Positions 37,799 through 48,109 of a DNA stretch of 64,000 nt are shown piece by piece. Under the pieces are notes generated by a model. The model did no database searches. It worked only from the letters and a program-made list of their open reading frames with translations, and was not told where the DNA came from. Source of the DNA: Gemmatimonadales bacterium. Lineage in GTDB: Bacteria; Gemmatimonadota; Gemmatimonadetes; Gemmatimonadales; GWC2-71-9. Where the stretch lies: assembly GCA_041613315.1 (NCBI GenBank), contig JBFJHJ010000005.1, positions 43,997-107,996 of the forward strand, written 5' to 3'. The position numbers were made by a program, and so were the translations under genes. Each line of letters starts with the position of its first letter. The first letter of the stretch is position 1.

Positions 37799-38656
37799 TC
37801 AGATCACGACCACCGGCGTGAGGTCGTTGCGCCGCGCCTGAAACCGGGCTTCGGCCAGGTCCAGCGCCCGCCGCACCATGACCGCTTCCGGGTCGCGGTA
37901 CTTGCTGTTGGGCTCGCAGCGCCCGGTGAACCGCCGCACCATCACGAGCGCTCGACTCACCTCGCAGTACTCGGGGTTGGCATCGGTGTGTCCTGCCGTG
38001 AGGAGGGAGCGGAAGAAGACCAGCGTCCCGGGATCGTCCAGCACGTAGAGCGACTCCAGGATCCGGGGGCTCAGGAAGGCCCGGAGGTGGAGGTCGCCGC
38101 GCACCGCCTCGAACAACCCGACCAACCGAGCGGCGGCGCCGTGCTCCGGGTAGAACCGAGCCGCCTCGACGGCGGTCCCGACGAACGCGTGATGCGCCAC
38201 GGGAGTGAGGTACCGGGCGAAGAGCGGCCACTCCCGCCGGGGATGCCGCTCGCCCAGCGCGAGGAACGCGAAGTAGCGGCGCGCGAGCGGTGCGTCCTGA
38301 TCGGCCACGACGGTCCGCAAACCGGCGGCGCCGTAGCGCTGGGCCACGAGGGCCGCCGCGGTCGCGTGTTGCAGCCGCTCGATCTCGGGCAGGAGAAACG
38401 TGCGGACGTGCGTCGAGATCGTGGTCGCGTCCGCCGCGAGGAGCGGCAGCCGGTCGAGCAGCCGCAAGAGCAATCCATCGACTTCGTCCAGGGCGGGCTC
38501 CCAGCGCCGGACGTCGCGGCGACGCGCGCGGGCCACGGCCTCCCAACCAGCATCGGCCACGCCGTGGGCCGTCCACCGCGCTTCCAGCATCTGTGGGGTG
38601 CGCGCACGCAGCAGCGCCCGCAGGGCCTCGGCGAAGCGGTAGACCGGTTCGGGCAT
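37799..38656 (-). CDS. Hypothetical helical (HEAT-like) protein
   Basis: Long ORF with typical codon bias; helical pattern. Confidence 0.7.
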   Translation of the reverse strand: MPEPVYRFAEALRALLRARTPQMLEARWTAHGVADAGWEAVARARRRDVRRWEPALDEVDGLLLRLLDRLPLLAADATTISTHVRTFLLPEIERLQHATAAALVAQRYGAAGLRTVVADQDAPLARRYFAFLALGERHPRREWPLFARYLTPVAHHAFVGTAVEAARFYPEHGAAARLVGLFEAVRGDLHLRAFLSPRILESLYVLDDPGTLVFFRSLLTAGHTDANPEYCEVSRALVMVRRFTGRCEPNSKYRDPEAVMVRRALDLAEARFQARRNDLTPVVVI

Positions 38657-38797
38657 ATCAACTAATGTATCGCCGGCACCGCGGTGGCGAGACCTCCCAG
38701 GCCCGACGTTGCGCGGACCCGGGTCAAGCTTTCAATTTGCGCGTGCTGCGCCGCGCGCCCGCGGCGTCGCCCTCTCGGTTCCCTCGGAGATGTCCGA

Positions 38798-39925
38798 GTG
38801 CGACGACTACTTGAGCGCCTGAGCCCAGCCTTGGTAGCGCTCGCCCTCGCGGCATGCGGCGCGGGCGACACGCCGATCCGGATCGGGATCGCCGGCCCGT
38901 TCTCCCAGGAGCGCGGGGTCTCGATGCGGCTGGCGGCGGAGCTCGCCCTGCTCGAGATCAACCGTCAAGGTGGCGTGCGGGGCCGCCAACTCGAACTCGT
39001 CGTCAGCGACGATAGCGCGGACGCGAGCGTCGCCGTGCAGGTAGCGCGGACGCTATACGACAATCCCACCGTGGTGGCGGTGATCGGGCATCTCAACAGC
39101 GGGGCGACGATCGCCGCCGCGCCGGTCTACAACGGGGGCGAGCGTCCCCTGCCGGTCATTTCTCCCTCGGCGTCGAGCCCGCAGCTCACGAACGCGGGCC
39201 GCTACTCGTTCCGCGTCTGTCCCGATGACCTCGTGCACGGCCGCCGCCTGGCGGATTGGGCCCGCAATCGGCTCGGCGCCCAACGCGCGGTGGTGATCTA
39301 CGAAAACGACGAGTACGGCCGAGGAGTCCGCACCACCTTCGTAGACAGCTTTCGTGAGCTGGGGGGCGCGGCCGTCGCCCAAGACCCTTACGTCAACGGG
39401 ATCCCGACGTTCGAACCCTACCTGCGCCGCGTTGCGCGGCGGGGCGGCGCCGACGTGCTGTTGATCGCCGGCACACGGAGCGGCGCCGAGCGGATTCTCG
39501 CGACGCTCGATACGGTCGGCATCCGACCCGCGATCGTGGCCGGCGACGGCGTCTCGGGCATGGAGCGGACCGCCGCCGCGGCGGCGGAGGGCATGTTCAT
39601 CTCGTCGGCCTACCTGCCGGATCAGCCGGATCCGCGCAACCGGGCGTTCGTGTCGGCGTATCGCCAGGCACACGACGGCCGGCTCCCGGACCACCGCGGC
39701 GCCGGCGCGTACGACATCGTGTACCTGCTGGCACGGGCGATCGAGGACGTGGGGCCGGACCGCGCCGCCATCCGCGAATACCTGGCCGGCGTGGGCACCA
39801 CGCAGCCGGCGTTCGAGGGCGTGACCGGTACCATCGCGTTCGACGAGCACGGCGACGTTCCGAACAAGCGCGTGGTGATCGGGGTCGTGAACCAAGGCCG
39901 ACTCGTGACGGCGCCCGGCCAGTGA
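38798..39925 (+). CDS. LivJ/LivK-like periplasmic substrate-binding lipoprotein
   Basis: LAAC lipobox; [35 protein letters not shown]. Confidence 0.9.
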   Translation: MRRLLERLSPALVALALAACGAGDTPIRIGIAGPFSQERGVSMRLAAELALLEINRQGGVRGRQLELVVSDDSADASVAVQVARTLYDNPTVVAVIGHLNSGATIAAAPVYNGGERPLPVISPSASSPQLTNAGRYSFRVCPDDLVHGRRLADWARNRLGAQRAVVIYENDEYGRGVRTTFVDSFRELGGAAVAQDPYVNGIPTFEPYLRRVARRGGADVLLIAGTRSGAERILATLDTVGIRPAIVAGDGVSGMERTAAAAAEGMFISSAYLPDQPDPRNRAFVSAYRQAHDGRLPDHRGAGAYDIVYLLARAIEDVGPDRAAIREYLAGVGTTQPAFEGVTGTIAFDEHGDVPNKRVVIGVVNQGRLVTAPGQ

Positions 39926-41625
39926 AGCTCCCGCGTGCGCTCAACACGATCCGGGTCCGCATCGCCGCGGGCCAGGCGGCGCTCATCATCGGCCTCATGC
40001 TCATCGCGCTGATCGGCGTGGGCGCCCTCCGGACGGTCAGCGACACGGTGAACCGCGAGCTCGAGTCGCTCACGCGGGTCACCGATGCGAGCGGCGGCCT
40101 GGTGGTCTCGCTGTTCGACGAGATCCGGGCGGCGGAGCAGTACATGAGCGATCAGTCCGAGGCGTCCCAAGCCGCGTTCCGCGCCGCGGGCATCGCCTCC
40201 GACACGTACGAGCAACGGTTGCGCAACTTCCCCGAGCTCGTGGGCACCGACCGGCTCCTCGTCGTCCGGATGGGCGCGCTCCAGTCAGAGGCCGAAGTCT
40301 GGTATAGCGTCGCGCACGCGCAGCTGGATCTCGGGCGGCGAGGCGAGGCGATCGTGATGGCGGACGCCGCGCGCCAGCCGGCCGCCGAACTCATCCGGAT
40401 GGTGCGGGACTTCTCGTCGGCCCAGCGCGCCCGCGCCGGCGCCACGGCGCGCCGGCTCGAGCAGACGGCCAATGAGCGCAAGCTCGTGGTCTGGACCGTG
40501 CTGGTGGCCTCGATCCTGGCCGGCGTCGCCATCGGCGCCGCCACGCTGCACACCGTCGAGCGGCCCCTGCGTCGCATCGAGGCGGCGGCCAAACGGTTCG
40601 CCGAAGGCGACCTGCGGCCGATCACCCTGGGCACGATGCCGCGCGAGCTCGAGGCGCTGGGCGACGCGATGACCCGCATCAGCACGAAGCTCCGGGCCCT
40701 CGTCTCCGACGTGGTCGCGGAATCGGAGAGCATCGCCTCGACGTCCAGCGACCTGTCCGCCATCAGCGAACAGCTCGCCGCGACCGCGGGCGAGATTACC
40801 ACCGCGATGGTCGAGATCTCGGGGAGCGCCGAACGCCAGGTGACCGGGCTGCGCCAGAGCGGCGACACGGTAGACAAGCTGAAGAGCACCGCGGAACGCA
40901 ACGAGGCGACGTCGGAGCGCGTGGTGGCGCTCGGAGGAGACATCCACCGCCTCGCCGGCCGCAACCAGAAGGACGTGGCCGCCGCCGCGAGCGCGCTGCT
41001 CGACCTCGGCGAGGTCGTCCACACCAGCGCCAAGCAGGTCGAGGGACTCGATAAGCTGTCGGAAGCGGTCTACGAGTTTGTCGAGCTCATCAAGACCATC
41101 TCCTCGCAAACGAACCTCCTGGCGTTGAATGCCGCCATCGAGGCCGCCCGCGCGGGCGAGCGGGGGGTGGGCTTCGCCGTGGTGGCCGAGGAGGTCCGGC
41201 AGCTCGCCGACTCGAGCGCCCGCGCCGCCGAAGACGTGACCCGGACCCTCCAGGGCGTGCGCGCCCAAGTGTCGGAAGTGACCAATACGATGGCCACCGG
41301 CCGGTCGAAGGTGCGGGGTGTCGAGGCGGTGGCTCAGGGTGCGGCCCGGGCGCTCGAAGACATCGTCCGCGCCGTGGGAGAGATCGAAACCGCAGCGAAG
41401 GGCGTCGCCAAAGAAGCGCGCGAGAACTTACAGGCGGCGGAGCACATCAAGGGCGAGCTGGAGCGCGCGAGGGAGGCCGCGCAATCCCATGCCTCGTCAA
41501 GCGAGGGAGTGACGGCGGCCGCCGAGGAGCAGGGAGCATCGACCGAACAGATGGCGGCCCAGGCCAGCCACCTGAGCGAGGCAGCCGAGCGCCTCCGCTC
41601 GTTGGTGCAGGGGTTCCGGATCTAG
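39922..41625 (+). CDS. Methyl-accepting chemotaxis protein
   Basis: Two TM helices, [35 protein letters not shown]. Confidence 0.95.
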   Translation: MKLPRALNTIRVRIAAGQAALIIGLMLIALIGVGALRTVSDTVNRELESLTRVTDASGGLVVSLFDEIRAAEQYMSDQSEASQAAFRAAGIASDTYEQRLRNFPELVGTDRLLVVRMGALQSEAEVWYSVAHAQLDLGRRGEAIVMADAARQPAAELIRMVRDFSSAQRARAGATARRLEQTANERKLVVWTVLVASILAGVAIGAATLHTVERPLRRIEAAAKRFAEGDLRPITLGTMPRELEALGDAMTRISTKLRALVSDVVAESESIASTSSDLSAISEQLAATAGEITTAMVEISGSAERQVTGLRQSGDTVDKLKSTAERNEATSERVVALGGDIHRLAGRNQKDVAAAASALLDLGEVVHTSAKQVEGLDKLSEAVYEFVELIKTISSQTNLLALNAAIEAARAGERGVGFAVVAEEVRQLADSSARAAEDVTRTLQGVRAQVSEVTNTMATGRSKVRGVEAVAQGAARALEDIVRAVGEIETAAKGVAKEARENLQAAEHIKGELERAREAAQSHASSSEGVTAAAEEQGASTEQMAAQASHLSEAAERLRSLVQGFRI

Positions 41626-42014
41626 CGCCGCTTCTTCGCGGCCTTCTGGCGCGAGCGCTTGACCGCCTTGCCCGCGCGCTTGGCAGGGGTCCGGCTCTTC
41701 GATCCGCCGCTACGCCGAGCCGCCGCCCGCGGACGCCCTCCCCGCTTCCCCGCCGCCTTGGCGCGCTTGCGACCCTTGCCCGCCGGCCGGATCTCCACGA
41801 GGAGCTGGTCCCCTTCGTCGCCGCTGATGAGCCCCCGCCGCACGGCATACTGGACCAGCTCGCTGGCCTCGTCCGGGTTGAACGGACCCACCCCTGCGCC
41901 CGCACGGATCATATTGACCAGCGCGTCCGCGACCGGACTGCGCAGCACACTCGCGATCCCCGGGACCGACTCGAGCAAGGCGGAGATCTGCGAGCCGCCA
42001 AGCTGGGGCGCCAT
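41622..42014 (-). CDS. Small protein with Lys/Arg/Ala-rich histone-H1-like tail
   Basis: About 75-aa helical head followed by a highly basic tail; AAGGAG RBS. Confidence 0.7.
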   Translation of the reverse strand: MAPQLGGSQISALLESVPGIASVLRSPVADALVNMIRAGAGVGPFNPDEASELVQYAVRRGLISGDEGDQLLVEIRPAGKGRKRAKAAGKRGGRPRAAARRSGGSKSRTPAKRAGKAVKRSRQKAAKKRR

Positions 42015-42155
42015 GGGGGCTCCTTCGGGAGAACTGGAGCGGCAAGCTAGCGTCAACCCGGACGCACGTCAAGCGCCTTCCGGGGGGGTGGGAAACAGTC
42101 TAAGTCGCTTTATCAGAAGGGGTTATGATCCTGAACCGCCGTCCCGGCCCCCTGG

Positions 42156-42431
42156 CTAGCCGACCGTCTTGCGGCGCCGGCCGGGCGGCTGGGTCCGCAA
42201 CGGCGCGTGCGCCCGCCGGGACACCCGCCACTCGGACTGCGACAGGAGTTCGGCCAGCACCGTCCGGGTGCGGCGGTCCACCGGGATGTCGAGGTGCATC
42301 TCCAGCCGGTAATCGCCGCCATCCTGCCCGCGGCCCTCCAGCACGAATCCGGATCGTCCGGGACGCACCGCGTCGACCTCTACGTCCGCGACGGTCACGA
42401 ATTGGTCGTCCGGCGGCGCTGGGGAGGTCAT
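42156..42431 (-). CDS. Hypothetical protein
   Basis: GGAG RBS; protein-like composition. Confidence 0.65.
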   Translation of the reverse strand: MTSPAPPDDQFVTVADVEVDAVRPGRSGFVLEGRGQDGGDYRLEMHLDIPVDRRTRTVLAELLSQSEWRVSRRAHAPLRTQPPGRRRKTVG

Positions 42432-42565
42432 GTGAGGCTCCAAGCAAGGGGAGGTAACGGGAGAGTGCCCCAGGCGCGGCCGGCCGTCAAGGGCCGTGGC
42501 CGCGTTTGCGAGCAACCCCGGCAACCGGCTACATTTCCTTTGCCTTGAGTGGGAGTGGAACTGCC

Positions 42566-42820
42566 GTGGGACGCCGAGGTGTCAAGGAGTATCGGGCCGC
42601 TGAGGCCCTTCAGCTCATCCTAGCCGATCGTGACCGTGAGCCACTGTTGTGCCCGTCCTGCGGACACAAGGCCATCGCGCGCACGCCCAGGCGTCGGATC
42701 CCGAAGAACCGCTGGGAAACGCATCGCCGCGTGACGCTTCGGTGCGGAAAGTGCGGCCGGCAGGCCGTCTATGTGCCGCGCAACGTGACACAGCCCTCTC
42801 ACACCGAGTTGATTAGCTAG
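42566..42820 (+). CDS. Small zinc-ribbon protein
   Basis: CPSC and CGKC pairs; basic; immediately upstream of infA. Confidence 0.55.
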   Translation: MGRRGVKEYRAAEALQLILADRDREPLLCPSCGHKAIARTPRRRIPKNRWETHRRVTLRCGKCGRQAVYVPRNVTQPSHTELIS

Positions 42821-42834
42821 CTGGGGCACGTCCG

Positions 42835-43050
42835 GTGAGCGGCGACGGGATTCAGCTGACGGGGACGGTGAAGGACGTGCTGCCGAACACCACGTTCCGG
42901 GTCGAGCTGGAAAACGGACACGAGGTCCTCGCCTACGTGTCCGGCAAGATGCGCAAGAACTACATCCGGATCCTGGCGGGCGACCGTGTCGCGGTGGACT
43001 TGTCCCCCTACGACCTCGCGCGCGGCCGCATCATCTACCGCTACCCGTAA
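42835..43050 (+). CDS. infA: Translation initiation factor IF-1
   Basis: [44 protein letters not shown]. Confidence 0.96.
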   Translation: MSGDGIQLTGTVKDVLPNTTFRVELENGHEVLAYVSGKMRKNYIRILAGDRVAVDLSPYDLARGRIIYRYP

Positions 43051-43076
43051 ACGACGACGCGCGGTCCCCCCCCCGG

Positions 43077-43532
43077 TCAGCGAGCCACGGGGAGCGTCCA
43101 CCGCTCGACCACGGTGTCGAGCGCCAAGTCCGCCAGGGCCACGCAGCCGGCCGCCATCGCCGCGTCGAGGTGCGCGGCCAGCCGATCCGGCCGGGCGAGC
43201 CGCAGCTTCACCAGATATCCCCCGTCACCACTCACCCGGTGGCACTCCAGCACCTCGGGGGCCGCCTGCCAGGCCTTCTCCAGCCGCCGCACATTGGTCG
43301 CCGGACCCGGCCGGACGCGGAGCATGGCGACCACGCCGTAGCCGGCGCGCGCGGGATCGAGCCGGGCGTGGTACCCCACGACGACCCCCGCCGCCTCGAG
43401 CTTCTTTACCCGCTGATACGTCGCGGGGGCGCTGAGCCCGACCGCCTCGGCCAGCTCTTGATAGCCCAGCCGGGCGTCGTCCTGGAGCAGTGCCAGCAGG
43501 CGCCGATCCGTCGCGTCAAGACTCGAGGGCAT
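43077..43532 (-). CDS. Lrp/AsnC-family regulator
   Basis: LDATDRRLLALLQDDAR, ELAEAVGLS, RVKKLEAAGVV, ECHRVSGD. Confidence 0.92.
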   Translation of the reverse strand: MPSSLDATDRRLLALLQDDARLGYQELAEAVGLSAPATYQRVKKLEAAGVVVGYHARLDPARAGYGVVAMLRVRPGPATNVRRLEKAWQAAPEVLECHRVSGDGGYLVKLRLARPDRLAAHLDAAMAAGCVALADLALDTVVERWTLPVAR

Positions 43533-43620
43533 ATACCTACGGTTGCGCGGCAATTGGTTATTTTGCAGATACGATCATTGACAAAATACCATTTCCCAGT
43601 CAAACGGCAACACCCGCAAG

Positions 43621-43654
43621 AAAAACCGTCCTCCGCGCTGAGCGTGGAGGACGG
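43621..43654 (-). terminator. Rho-independent terminator after lepB
   Basis: CCGTCCTCC/GGAGGACGG stem followed by TTTTT. Confidence 0.85.
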
Positions 43655-43683
43655 GAAGCGACGCCAGACGGCGGGGGGGTCTC

Positions 43684-44436
43684 CTACCGTGGGCGCGAGA
43701 AGATCCGACCCCATCGCACGTTGGTGAAGAACGGCAGGGGTAAGAGCCCCCCTTTGTCGTAGCTGTAGTAGATGAACAACGGACGGCCGTCGATCCGATT
43801 GCGGCCGAGGAAGCCCCAGTAACGGCTATCGTAGGAGTTGTCCCGGTTGTCCCCCATCACGAAAAAGGAGTCCGCCGGCATGGCCAGCGGCCCCCAGTTC
43901 TTGAGCGTCGGGCGGTAGGTGCGAGCATCGCGATCCACCAGGTACCGGGCCTGCCAGGCGCGCATGCGCGGGTCCTCGGGATCATCGCTCGCGGGCCCAC
44001 GGATCGCATACGGCTCGTCCAGCGCCGCCCCGTTCAAGTACAGCACGTTGTCGAGCATGGCGATGGTGTCACCCGGCATCCCGACGACCCGCTTCACGAC
44101 GTTGACGCCGGGCTCCTCCGGCGAATCGAACACGACGATGTCGAAGCGCTCCGGATCCCGCAGTGCCGGGAGCCGCTTGTTCACGATGGGGACCTCCGCC
44201 CCGTACAGCGCCTTGTTGACGAATAGGAAGTCCCCGATGAGCAGCGTGTTCTCCATGCTCCCCGACGGGATGCGAAACGCCTCCACCAAGAGCGCACGCA
44301 AGAAGAACCAAATCAGCAACGCAATCACGATGCTCTTGATCCACTCGCGGGCGGTGTGCCCGGACTTGACCGCCACCCCATTGCGCCCTGCCGCCGCCGC
44401 CGCGCCCGCCGTTGCCTGCGTCTGTTCTCTGCTCAC
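43684..44436 (-). CDS. lepB: Signal peptidase I
   Basis: IPSGSMENTL (Ser), VKRVVGMPGD (Lys), MGDNRDNSYDSRYWG. Confidence 0.95.
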   Translation of the reverse strand: MSREQTQATAGAAAAAGRNGVAVKSGHTAREWIKSIVIALLIWFFLRALLVEAFRIPSGSMENTLLIGDFLFVNKALYGAEVPIVNKRLPALRDPERFDIVVFDSPEEPGVNVVKRVVGMPGDTIAMLDNVLYLNGAALDEPYAIRGPASDDPEDPRMRAWQARYLVDRDARTYRPTLKNWGPLAMPADSFFVMGDNRDNSYDSRYWGFLGRNRIDGRPLFIYYSYDKGGLLPLPFFTNVRWGRIFSRPR

Positions 44437-44639
44437 TGCGTCGCTCCGCCTCCCGGTTCCGTCGCTTCCCGCCGGCGGCACCCCGCCGCCGGCGCACCGA
44501 CGGTTAAGTATAACCCCTTGATCGCCAGGAAGTTACCGGGGTGGCGCCGCGTCTCACCACCGACCTGTGACGTGCGCCGTCCCGTCGCGGCCACGGCAGG
44601 TCCTATATTCGGTCAGGACAAGCGACTAGGCAGGTCCGC

Positions 44640-44954
44640 ATGATCGGGTCGAAGCACACGAGCAGGCAGCCGCCGCTCGACGAACTGGGGAAACTGTGCT
44701 ACGAAGGGCAGCAAGTGGCACAGTACCTGTTTCAGGTCCCGGACGACGAGTCGCAGTGGGAGCGGCTCGCGGGGATCGTGACGCGGCTGATCGAACACGT
44801 GAAGCCGAGTAAGCACCAGGAGATGGCGCGGATCGCTGCCGCCGTTCAGCAGGTCCTCGCGGGTCCCCATTCGATGCAGGCCGCCGACCAGCTCCAGGCG
44901 GATTTCGACCGTCTCGTCAAGCTGTGGCAGTTGTCCAAGAGCGGCCTCTTCTGA
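44640..44954 (+). CDS. Hypothetical helical protein
   Basis: Typical codon bias; helical-bundle pattern. Confidence 0.65.
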   Translation: MIGSKHTSRQPPLDELGKLCYEGQQVAQYLFQVPDDESQWERLAGIVTRLIEHVKPSKHQEMARIAAAVQQVLAGPHSMQAADQLQADFDRLVKLWQLSKSGLF

Positions 44955-45040
44955 GACCGCTCAGTCCCGGCGGGCTGGCTTTCACGGCCTAGGCCCACCT
45001 CGCTCGGCTCCCACCCGGCGCAGCCGGTTCGTCGCACCAG

Positions 45041-46342
45041 CTAGAAGAAGAAGCCGATATCCACGCGGCCTGCCGCGCCCTTCGCGTTGCGCAGCATGCC
45101 GCCCAGCGACGCGCCAGCCACTTGCAGATACAGGTTCCGCGTCTCGAAGGCGATGCCCCCGGAGTAGCCGAAGCCCTGGTGACCGCCCAGGATGACGCCG
45201 GCCCGCAGGGGCACCGACGTCAGGATCCGCCACGTGGACCCGAGGTCCATGACCAGCGGAGAAGGGAACTCGCCCGAAACCGGCAAGGTCACGCTGGCAT
45301 CGAGCTGAAGCACGCGGTTTGCCCACCCGCTCGCGCCGAACCGCACGATGCGCGGCAGCGTCAGGTCGGCGGACCCGGTGCCGGCGGGCGCGAAGGCCGC
45401 CGCCTGCAGCGAATCGCTCACTTCTTTCAGGTTCGTCGTCTGAACGTTGAAGCTCAGTGTCTCGAGCTGGACATTGTCGACCGTCACCTGCCCCAGGTTG
45501 GACACCAAGGCCTCGAAAGCGAACCCGGAGGTCGGCCACTCGAGCCGTACGAGGAGGTCCGCCGCGATCCCGCTCCCCGTCGGGCTGGTCAACAGATCGA
45601 ACCCGGTCAGGCCCGATGTGGGCGTGAAGGCCTTCGCCACCTGGACGTTCGCCACCACGGTGGTGTCGGTGACGACGACCCGGCTGTCGATGAGCGTGCT
45701 GCCCTGCGCAAAGTAGTACGGCCGGATCCAGCGGCCACCGAAGCCCAGCATCACCTCGGCGCCGTCGTCGCTCCCCAGCGGGCCGAGGCGGATCATGGCG
45801 TGGGCGCCCGCTTCCACGGTCGCCAGCGCCGAGCCGCCGGAATTGCCCAGCGCAAACTGCTGGATCGCGCTGTTACCGTCGCGCAGCAGCGCCACGGCGC
45901 CATCGTCTAACTGGAACGCGCCGTACCCCCGGCTTTGGAGGGACACGCCGATGCTGAGGTGCCGCCCGAACGGACCGCCCAGGTACAGCCCCCCTTCTCC
46001 CTGGCCGATCCCGCCCGCGCCGCGGCCCCGGGGCACGAGCGTCAGCGCATCCAGCACGTCCCCCAGCAGCAGTCCGTCAGGGTTGTTGAGCGAGTCGCTG
46101 AGGAACACCAGCGCCCCGATATCGCTCATGTTCAGCGTATTGTTCTCCGCGGTCACGCCGGCGGACACCACGAACCCCCACCGCGGGATGAACACGTGGC
46201 GGAACGGATCGACGCGGAACTGCGGCGTGCGGCGGTAACCCGGGGGCACCCGGGTCGCCTGTGAGCCCTCCGGCACGGCCTGAGCCGTCAGGGGGCCCGC
46301 GGCGAACCCTAAGGCGCAGAGCATCACGATCAAGCGCTTCAC
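45041..46342 (-). CDS. Outer-membrane beta-barrel protein, function unknown
   Basis: Signal peptide; amphipathic beta strands; ends DIGFFF. Confidence 0.75.
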   Translation of the reverse strand: MKRLIVMLCALGFAAGPLTAQAVPEGSQATRVPPGYRRTPQFRVDPFRHVFIPRWGFVVSAGVTAENNTLNMSDIGALVFLSDSLNNPDGLLLGDVLDALTLVPRGRGAGGIGQGEGGLYLGGPFGRHLSIGVSLQSRGYGAFQLDDGAVALLRDGNSAIQQFALGNSGGSALATVEAGAHAMIRLGPLGSDDGAEVMLGFGGRWIRPYYFAQGSTLIDSRVVVTDTTVVANVQVAKAFTPTSGLTGFDLLTSPTGSGIAADLLVRLEWPTSGFAFEALVSNLGQVTVDNVQLETLSFNVQTTNLKEVSDSLQAAAFAPAGTGSADLTLPRIVRFGASGWANRVLQLDASVTLPVSGEFPSPLVMDLGSTWRILTSVPLRAGVILGGHQGFGYSGGIAFETRNLYLQVAGASLGGMLRNAKGAAGRVDIGFFF

Positions 46343-47571
46343 GGTTGACCTCCCGTACGAACCTCGATGCGCACACTGGCCAGGATCCCGATCAGATCGG
46401 TCGCGGCCACGGCGCCCCGACTTCCGGCAGCCACGTCCGGTAGCAGCCGGACCCGCAGACCCGCGGTGAACTGCGACCCCAGGAGACCGCGGACCTGCGC
46501 ACCCGTCACCTCTGCCGACACGGTATCCGCCACCGACTGCGTGGCACGACCCGACGCGTCTACCGGTGGCCGATCGACCGTGAGGCGGCTCAGCACGACC
46601 GCGTCGGGCAGGCTGAAGATGTCGGTCAGGTCGCCGCGATCGCCCGGCGCGTATGCGATATCGATCTCGACCCCGAACGGCACCTGACTGACGACCCGGG
46701 AGCTGATCGCGGCGCGGACGAGCCGGTCCACGATCTGGTCGGCGTCGGTCGAATCGATCGCGAGCCCAGACTCGAGGCGGTTCACCTGTAACACGACGCC
46801 GGTGTCCGGCACGGTCAGGTCGAGCAGGATCACGGGGATCGCCTCGAAGTCGAGCACGTCGCTCAGGGTCACGTCCGTCGGCGAGCCGCCGGCGAGGGAC
46901 ACCGTGCCCTCGGCCACCACCGCCGTGGCGCGCCCATCCAGCAACATGTGCACCAACCGATCGGCAAACACTGCTGCCGGGAGCGACACCGTGGTGCTTG
47001 CGGCGGCCGGCACCGTCAGGGTCGCCTGGCCGGGATCCACGACCGGCACGAGTATGGGGCTCCCGCCGGCGTCGGTCTGATACTGGGGCCGCCCGAAGAC
47101 GTCCCGCGGGATGTTGCCCATCGCGTCGAGCTCGACGATCCCGATCGTGCCGTTGGACACCTCGACCGGCGCCGCCGCGCTATTGGTAGCCGCCAGGCCG
47201 ATCACGGCCGCGTTGAGCGTGGAGCCCCGGATCACGTCTTCCAGATCGTCGAGCTCGAGCGCCGTCGGAGGGATCTGCGTCGACTCCTCGAACGTGACGG
47301 GCGCCACTTGCAGTCCTGCGAGGGCAATGGCGAACCGCTCCGCGTCCATCTTCGCGGCAACGAGGCCCGAGACCACCGTGTCGCGTCCGGTGCCGAACAT
47401 CATCCGCGGCTCGAGCGTGTCTTGCGTCACGGGGGCGATGAGCACCAACGTCCGATCCGGCCCGCGGCCCAACTGGTCGCGCGCCTCCGTGATCGTCGCG
47501 GGCTCGCACCCCCACATGGCGAGCGTCGCGCCCGCCAGACCGAGCATTGTGAGCGTTCTCACAAGAGCCAC
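46339..47571 (-). CDS. Beta-rich lipoprotein coupled to the downstream barrel
   Basis: GGAGG RBS; MWGC lipobox; GTGA overlap with the next gene. Confidence 0.75.
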   Translation of the reverse strand: MALVRTLTMLGLAGATLAMWGCEPATITEARDQLGRGPDRTLVLIAPVTQDTLEPRMMFGTGRDTVVSGLVAAKMDAERFAIALAGLQVAPVTFEESTQIPPTALELDDLEDVIRGSTLNAAVIGLAATNSAAAPVEVSNGTIGIVELDAMGNIPRDVFGRPQYQTDAGGSPILVPVVDPGQATLTVPAAASTTVSLPAAVFADRLVHMLLDGRATAVVAEGTVSLAGGSPTDVTLSDVLDFEAIPVILLDLTVPDTGVVLQVNRLESGLAIDSTDADQIVDRLVRAAISSRVVSQVPFGVEIDIAYAPGDRGDLTDIFSLPDAVVLSRLTVDRPPVDASGRATQSVADTVSAEVTGAQVRGLLGSQFTAGLRVRLLPDVAAGSRGAVAATDLIGILASVRIEVRTGGQP

Positions 47572-47714
47572 TGCTACCTCCCGGAAGGCGTCCAACCTTG
47601 TAGAAAAGCTCCTGCCGAGCAATGGGTTACGTCACACTCCGAATGCGATCCGGGACACGGACGATACGAGCGCGTAGATGCCGGGGGAGGAACGGATCGT
47701 CACGGGGAGATGTT

Positions 47715-48053
47715 ATGATTCATGCCATGACCGGGCGCCGCCCATTCCTCGCCCTGGCCGCCCTCGCCGCCCTGTCGGCGGCGCAGCCGGCGGTATCGTG
47801 CGTGCTCGCCTGCGTCTTCCGCGTACACGCCGCCCCACCGGCGCACGAGCTTCACACGCCGGCCCATCAACCGTGCCACAGCGGCAGCGTGACGGCTTCC
47901 TCCGTAACGCCGGTCGGGGTTCTGGGCCCGATGACGGCGCCGGTCCCGGACCTCGAGGTCGCCACGGTCGTGTCCGTGGAGCAGCTCCCCACCCAGGTCC
48001 CGATGCCCGCTACGACCTTCCCCGAGCAGCGCGAGCCGCCTCCGCGCGTCTGA
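47715..48053 (+). CDS. CutF/DUF2946-like secreted leader peptide; alternative start 47727
   Basis: Signal-like N-terminus, CVLAC, His-rich segment, C-terminal PEQREPPPRV. Confidence 0.7.
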   Translation: MIHAMTGRRPFLALAALAALSAAQPAVSCVLACVFRVHAAPPAHELHTPAHQPCHSGSVTASSVTPVGVLGPMTAPVPDLEVATVVSVEQLPTQVPMPATTFPEQREPPPRV

Positions 48054-48107
48054 GCGTCACCCGCACGGTCGGGTTCATGACCGACTCCCGCTCAGAACCA
48101 AGGAGGC
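48038..48107 (+). promoter_or_regulatory. Shine-Dalgarno-sequestering stem-loop
   Basis: GCCTCC(48038-43)/GGAGGC(48102-07), TCTGAGCG/CGCTCAGA and CGGTC/GACCG pairings. Confidence 0.65.
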
Positions 48108-48109
48108 AC

